From: a virus
IMG/VR virus record: IMGVR_UViG_3300028198_000256
Location: 1-64,000 of that record
Direction: 5' to 3' (one strand)
Length of the DNA: 64,000 bases
The position numbers and the translations under genes were made by a program. Shown one piece after another: positions 59,499 through 64,000 of this stretch. Within the stretch, counting starts at the first letter, position 1; each line of letters begins with the position of its first letter. A model generated the notes under the pieces. That model saw nothing but the letters and a program-made list of their open reading frames with translations, did not search any database and was not told the DNA's origin.

Positions 59499-60595
59499 TA
59501 TTTGCTATTTACCTCTTCCAACATCCAATCTTCTAAAATAACAGACTGTTCCTTTGGTAATCCATCCTTCGTTTCAATTGGTGAAATATCTTGATGAAGA
59601 AACCCCTTAAACACTATAGGTAAATCAAAAACATACTCTTGACCCGTAGTTTTCTCATAAAACTCTTTAGCAAACAACAAAACATGTTTTTTAAAACTTT
59701 TTAACCACGCCATCCTTTGTCTTTTAAGAACGTCAGATGCCGGCGATGGGTCTTCTATAAACCCTCGGATTTCTATTGGAATATACACACCATCAACTTT
59801 AGATACCTTCTCATTAACAATTAATGCCATACAATCATGCAATAATGGTTTAAATGTGCCTTGGGGTTTAACATAACCACATTTTCCAGATTCCTGTTCA
59901 TTAACAGATCCCTTATATGGCAACGTCTTTTCCTTACAGAAAGCGTTGGCTGAATCACTATCCCATGTTTTAAGTGTAACATGTCCGCTATCACATGCTC
60001 TATACTTTTTAAGTATCAAATTACGATGTTTTGTATCCTTACCAGGAGTCAATTTGATAATAAGATCTTTAATTGCGATTTGTTCTGGGTCTACCAACTT
60101 ATCAGCAGTAATAGTGTTTTGCTCAACACACCTCTTAACAGAATTAACTGTATCTTTAATCCTGTTAATTTTCTTTGGATTGCCATTATTTGAATTGTGT
60201 TTTGCAATTTCTCTAAATAATGGAGTTCTATAAACTACCTTATCAAAAGGTAAACAATCCCACTGCGGAATCTTTGCCGCCTCGTAACGGTGAAACCCAG
60301 TAGTACCCTTATTACCATCACGTGAGTCTTCATATTGCAACGGTGGTTCACCATGATCCCAATTTTTAGCTAAAAAAGATTCCCCAATTTCTGATATATT
60401 TTCCTTAATATTTTCTTCAACCTTGTTTTGGTCATTGACATCAAACCTAACTTTGTTTAAGTTCATAACATGTCTTTTCAAAAATTGCACTCCCGGCTCT
60501 CCATACCATTTTTCCCCATTGGGACCTATGCCATAAATATATTCAGGTGGACACCTTTTTAATGAGTCTTTTAAATCAAAATTTAATTCTAACAT
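59498..60595 (-). CDS. Hypothetical protein with a ParB/Srx-like N-terminal motif
   Basis: EPP...GFHRYEAA; 1-nt overlap with dam. Confidence 0.55.
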   Translation of the reverse strand: MLELNFDLKDSLKRCPPEYIYGIGPNGEKWYGEPGVQFLKRHVMNLNKVRFDVNDQNKVEENIKENISEIGESFLAKNWDHGEPPLQYEDSRDGNKGTTGFHRYEAAKIPQWDCLPFDKVVYRTPLFREIAKHNSNNGNPKKINRIKDTVNSVKRCVEQNTITADKLVDPEQIAIKDLIIKLTPGKDTKHRNLILKKYRACDSGHVTLKTWDSDSANAFCKEKTLPYKGSVNEQESGKCGYVKPQGTFKPLLHDCMALIVNEKVSKVDGVYIPIEIRGFIEDPSPASDVLKRQRMAWLKSFKKHVLLFAKEFYEKTTGQEYVFDLPIVFKGFLHQDISPIETKDGLPKEQSVILEDWMLEEVNSK

Positions 60596-60759
60596 TTTCT
60601 TTCCTTCTAATAAAGAGGTCTACTGACCAAATGATAAGGACATCACTGACATCCTTTTAATAAAAAGTATTATCTTTCACTGAAACTTTCACTGAAGATT
60701 AATACTAACTTTGTTCTTATTTTTTATAACTCATTGAGAAATAAGAAACTCAATTTAAA

Positions 60760-60834
60760 TGGAGCGGACGGGTCGGAATCAAACCGCCTCTTTCTGTATG
60801 GTATACAGATATTCTATCATTAAATTACACCCGC
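60760..60834 (-). tRNA. tRNA-Gly with ACC anticodon (atypical)
   Basis: GCGGGTG TA ATTT AATGATA GAAT A TCTGT ATACCAT ACAGA AAGA GGCGG TTTGATT CCGACC CGTCCGC T CCA; Gly identity elements G1-C72, C2-G71, G3-C70 and U73; encoded CCA. Confidence 0.85.
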
Positions 60835-60863
60835 AATATTATTTTAACTTAGTACTTATAATG

Positions 60864-60892
60864 ATCATAACACATAATGTCGGAATTGTCAA
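60864..60892 (-). promoter_or_regulatory. Sigma70-type promoter for the tRNA
   Basis: TTGACA-ATTCCGACATTATGTGT-TATGAT. Confidence 0.8.
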
Positions 60893-61071
60893 GTTTTTAA
60901 CACCGTCACATTTCCCTCAATAACCTTTACTGTGTTTTCTTGTCTCCACGTATATCTGTCATCAAATTTATGTCCACATTTTTTATAATCATCCCACTTC
61001 ATACATAAAATATCCTCTGTCAATTTACCACCACCTTCACCTTCAATTATCGGTTGTATCATCATTCCCAT
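60889..61071 (-). CDS. Hypothetical protein
   Basis: 60-aa ORF with AGGTG RBS. Confidence 0.45.
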   Translation of the reverse strand: MGMMIQPIIEGEGGGKLTEDILCMKWDDYKKCGHKFDDRYTWRQENTVKVIEGNVTVLKT

Positions 61072-61081
61072 ACTTCACCTG

Positions 61082-61288
61082 TCATATTTTAATTTGTGTC
61101 TTCTTTACTAATGGATATACTATATCTGTATTACTAAAACTAGGAATCTTCTCCAACAATCTAGAAGTCCAAACTACTAAAATTATTAATGATAAAAATA
61201 AAGAAAGTATAATTATTAACTTATAATCACCCCACCCCATATCAGAATCAATATAATGTATTCGATTATTTTTCGTCCGTGTAATCAT
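61082..61288 (-). CDS. Small single-TM protein
   Basis: AAGGAG RBS; TM segment. Confidence 0.55.
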   Translation of the reverse strand: MITRTKNNRIHYIDSDMGWGDYKLIIILSLFLSLIILVVWTSRLLEKIPSFSNTDIVYPLVKKTQIKI

Positions 61289-61320
61289 AAATACTCCTTT
61301 TTTTTATAAAGTTGTATTAG

Positions 61321-61359
61321 TATTTATACTATAATAACACATTGCGTCAGAATTGTCAA
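61321..61359 (-). promoter_or_regulatory. Sigma70-type promoter in tandem with a late TATAAATA
   Basis: TTGACA-ATTCTGACGCAATGTGT-TATTAT; TATAAATA at 61321-61328; near copy of the tRNA promoter. Confidence 0.75.
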
Positions 61360-61366
61360 GGATTAT

Positions 61367-61882
61367 TTAAGTTTTACACTTAGATGAGTGAACATCCACC
61401 GTTTCCTTCACACACGTTAATGATTCAATCGTAACTTCTCCTGGATATGGCCAAGTTTGTCTTGGTGGCAATTTCCCCACCTGACTCCCATTATCATACC
61501 ACCGTTCACCATATGCCATTTGATTAACAGGGTCTACCGTATCAAGAAAAGTAACTACTGTGGGGAAATACCCACTTTCAATTAACTGCAAATGATATTC
61601 CCAAGTAACTGTACCATATGCAACTATTATAACGTTATCACCAACATCACATAATTTTGCTGCGGCACCATTCACTGAAATAGTAAAAGATCTTTCATCG
61701 GGGATTGCATATGTTGTGAATCTCTCACCATTATTAATATTATATATTTCAATTTGTTGATAAGGTAATATATTCGACTTCTCTAATATATCATTGGAAA
61801 TACCACAAGAACCCTCATAATCAATATCACATTCTGTAATTGTTGCACCGTGTATTTTTGATTTTAATATCTGTATTTCCAT
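61367..61882 (-). CDS. panD: Aspartate 1-decarboxylase with a C-terminal extension
   Basis: LKSKIHGATIT..DYEGSC (G-S cleavage site), NGERFTTYAI, NGAAA. Confidence 0.93.
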   Translation of the reverse strand: MEIQILKSKIHGATITECDIDYEGSCGISNDILEKSNILPYQQIEIYNINNGERFTTYAIPDERSFTISVNGAAAKLCDVGDNVIIVAYGTVTWEYHLQLIESGYFPTVVTFLDTVDPVNQMAYGERWYDNGSQVGKLPPRQTWPYPGEVTIESLTCVKETVDVHSSKCKT

Positions 61883-61884
61883 AA

Positions 61885-62322
61885 TTATCCAACCGACCGA
61901 CTAACAAACGATTCCATACACGTTAATACACTCTCACTAAAATTCCTATGAGCATCACTTAACCCCTTTTGACCAAATTCACGCTTTAATCTATACCACA
62001 TATCTTTAGGAGTAAGTTCTTCCATAGTATGAAGTTCTTTATTAAATTTAGAAGAATAGTTCTCGGTAACTGTTTTAAATTTAACTAAATCTGAATATAA
62101 TCCATATTCTTTACCACGTCTTGGATCAAACGTAACATATCCAGACATATTCTTCCCAGATACATCAACCACACACTTACTAAATGACCTAGGCTCAATT
62201 GAATAATCTATAAGGTCTTGTTCATTCTCAAATAATTTATATACGGCATCTTCATACTTATCTTTGTTTTCAGAACACCCAACCAAAAATAATACCATAA
62301 ATACCAACACAACTTTCTTCAT
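61885..62322 (-). CDS. Lipoprotein
   Basis: Lipobox LVGC; DY.IEP...KCVVD. Confidence 0.75.
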   Translation of the reverse strand: MKKVVLVFMVLFLVGCSENKDKYEDAVYKLFENEQDLIDYSIEPRSFSKCVVDVSGKNMSGYVTFDPRRGKEYGLYSDLVKFKTVTENYSSKFNKELHTMEELTPKDMWYRLKREFGQKGLSDAHRNFSESVLTCMESFVSRSVG

Positions 62323-62687
62323 ATCACACTCCCATTTTGTTCAATCATAAAATCATAATATAATACATATTCAAACGAATAAGCATAATCTTCATCTAAT
62401 TCTCTTAAATTTATATACTGATATACATGAACCATCTCATGCATAACCGTACTAATTATTGTACCCCTATCCATATCACGATCAATGTATATATCATATG
62501 AACTCCTATCATCTGGGTCGCATAATGCATATCCACGTAATGGTCCACCGGGTTCATTACTTAAATCATCAACATAAATTTTAATTTCAATATCATCTGG
62601 TATATCTAAACGATAACATACCCACTCAATGACTGCCTTAAATACAGACACATAATAATCATTAACGTCATCGTCATACGATACCAC
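62319..62687 (-). CDS. Zincin-like metallopeptidase
   Basis: TVMHEMVHVYQ. Confidence 0.75.
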   Translation of the reverse strand: MVSYDDDVNDYYVSVFKAVIEWVCYRLDIPDDIEIKIYVDDLSNEPGGPLRGYALCDPDDRSSYDIYIDRDMDRGTIISTVMHEMVHVYQYINLRELDEDYAYSFEYVLYYDFMIEQNGSVI

Positions 62688-62693
62688 TTACAC

Positions 62694-63860
62694 TCAACGT
62701 AAATCCACGCCAATTGCTTCAGATATATTATTATAACCATCACGTCTAAGTAATTCTACAAGTCCTATATTAATTTCAGCTGAAATTTGAGGTCCGTGAA
62801 ATATCATACCAGTAATCAAATGTATTAATGTCGCACCACTTCTTATTTTCAAATAAGCATCTTCAGCAGTATCACACCCACCTATACCTATAACTATAAA
62901 TTTATATTCATTATCTTTAACATGTTGTCCACATACCTTAATTATATGATTAGTCATAGGACGTAATATATGTCCACTTAAACCACCACGGTCATCTGGC
63001 ATAACTCGTTTTTCTATCTTACCACCATGTATGACATATGTAACCTTATCATCATCGGGTATCAATTCACGTTTTACTGTAAGATTACAAGTCAAAATAC
63101 CATTAATACCATACGTATGCATAACATCTATCATCTGACAGATTTCTTCATCTGTATGATCTGGACCAATCTTACAATATACAGGATATTCATTCAACCC
63201 CATCAATTCTCTTACACTCTTAACCTTTACTAACAATTCTGTTAAATTTTCCATATCAAAAAAGGGATTAGATACCCCCAAATTAGGACAACTAAGATTA
63301 ATAGTAGTATAATCTCCATATGGAGACAATCGTTTAAATGAAGTTAATAAATCATCTATAACATCATCCTTATCAGATACACCGTTTGTTGCAGAAACTG
63401 ATACACCACAAACACCATCGGCATGTTTCCAATCAGGGGCAACACGGTCTGCCACATGTAATGAACCAGAATTATTCAACCCATACCAAACATTAATAGA
63501 TTGTGACTTAACCGCTCTCCATAATCTAACCGGTGGATTACCATCATGTGGTTCTTTTGAAAATGAACCAAGTTCAATACCAGAAAATCCTAAATCACGT
63601 ATGACAGGTGGCAATACCCCATACTTATCAAATCCAGCAGAAATCAACAATGGATTACTATAATGAACACCATTTACACCTTGAGATAACATAGTATTAT
63701 CATACCTATATAAATATCTCAATAACTTTTTACTATATGGGATACGTTGAACCCATCCTATAATATTTTTAACTACATCGTGTGCCGTTTCAGGACACAA
63801 TTTAAACAATATAGGTCGTAATAACCACTTATAAACAATCCTTTGCATTCTATACTTCAT
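62694..63860 (-). CDS. pyrD: Quinone-dependent dihydroorotate dehydrogenase (class 2)
   Basis: PETAH, AGFDK, GNP.VRLWR, INLSCPN, KIGPD, GGLSG, IGIGG. Confidence 0.93.
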   Translation of the reverse strand: MKYRMQRIVYKWLLRPILFKLCPETAHDVVKNIIGWVQRIPYSKKLLRYLYRYDNTMLSQGVNGVHYSNPLLISAGFDKYGVLPPVIRDLGFSGIELGSFSKEPHDGNPPVRLWRAVKSQSINVWYGLNNSGSLHVADRVAPDWKHADGVCGVSVSATNGVSDKDDVIDDLLTSFKRLSPYGDYTTINLSCPNLGVSNPFFDMENLTELLVKVKSVRELMGLNEYPVYCKIGPDHTDEEICQMIDVMHTYGINGILTCNLTVKRELIPDDDKVTYVIHGGKIEKRVMPDDRGGLSGHILRPMTNHIIKVCGQHVKDNEYKFIVIGIGGCDTAEDAYLKIRSGATLIHLITGMIFHGPQISAEINIGLVELLRRDGYNNISEAIGVDLR

Positions 63861-63869
63861 AATATTCCT

Positions 63870-64000
63870 TTATAATTTATTTCCTGGATTATGCTCTGAC
63901 GGCAATTCTTCATATTTCTCTTCTGGCATATGATTTCCACCACATCCACCCTCTATATGGTGGTTAGCGCCACAACCAAATTCACCAGTAAATGTATATT
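63870..64000 (-). CDS. 3' end of an ORF starting outside the window
   Basis: Open frame ...YTFTGEFGCGANHHIEGGCGGNH...KL*. Confidence 0.4.
   Translation of the reverse strand, partial: YTFTGEFGCGANHHIEGGCGGNHMPEEKYEELPSEHNPGNKL

Noticed and set aside
1-64000. Stop-codon reassignment, introns, inteins, reverse transcriptase or DGR
   Set aside because: Conserved genes are full length in the standard code and all three stops are used; no RT, splicing motifs or TR/VR pair were seen by eye.

Overview
This is an AT-rich 64 kb segment of a large T4-like myovirus genome, not a bacterial chromosome. From 1 to 20 kb lies the baseplate and tail module: gp7 (running off the left edge), gp6, gp25, gp5, hub, gp53 and gp48 on the minus strand, then gp4, gp2, gp54-like, gp26/gp51, a small membrane protein and a 1382-aa tape-measure candidate on the plus strand. 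From 21 to 64 kb almost everything is on the minus strand. That part holds gp32, gp33 and gp59, and a very large set of host-type metabolic genes (ppiB, acyl-CoA thioesterase, ftsH, ppsA, mdh, malyl-CoA lyase, ald, purN, fadE, panD, pyrD) whose character suggests a gammaproteobacterial, possibly methanotrophic, host. It also holds Hsp20, an M15 peptidase, a MoxR/CobS ATPase with a vWA partner, three DNA-modification enzymes, one atypical tRNA and many small early genes behind a repeated promoter cassette. The most notable observations are: (1) nine clustered ORFs carrying a T4-type capsid-targeting leader, i.e. a probable injected effector set with kinase, ADP-ribosyltransferase-like and nuclease-like cargo; (2) three unrelated DNA-modifying enzymes that all end in a sliding-clamp-binding-like STLD(D/E)FL tail; (3) a -1 slippery site that would fuse gp26 to gp51 upstream of the tape measure, like lambda G/GT; (4) a tRNA-Gly with an ACC anticodon and a compensated A19-U56 pair; (5) a ROSE-like RNA thermometer on hsp20; (6) a C1/acyl-CoA auxiliary metabolism set including malyl-CoA lyase. 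All family assignments come from motif recognition by eye; no searches were run.
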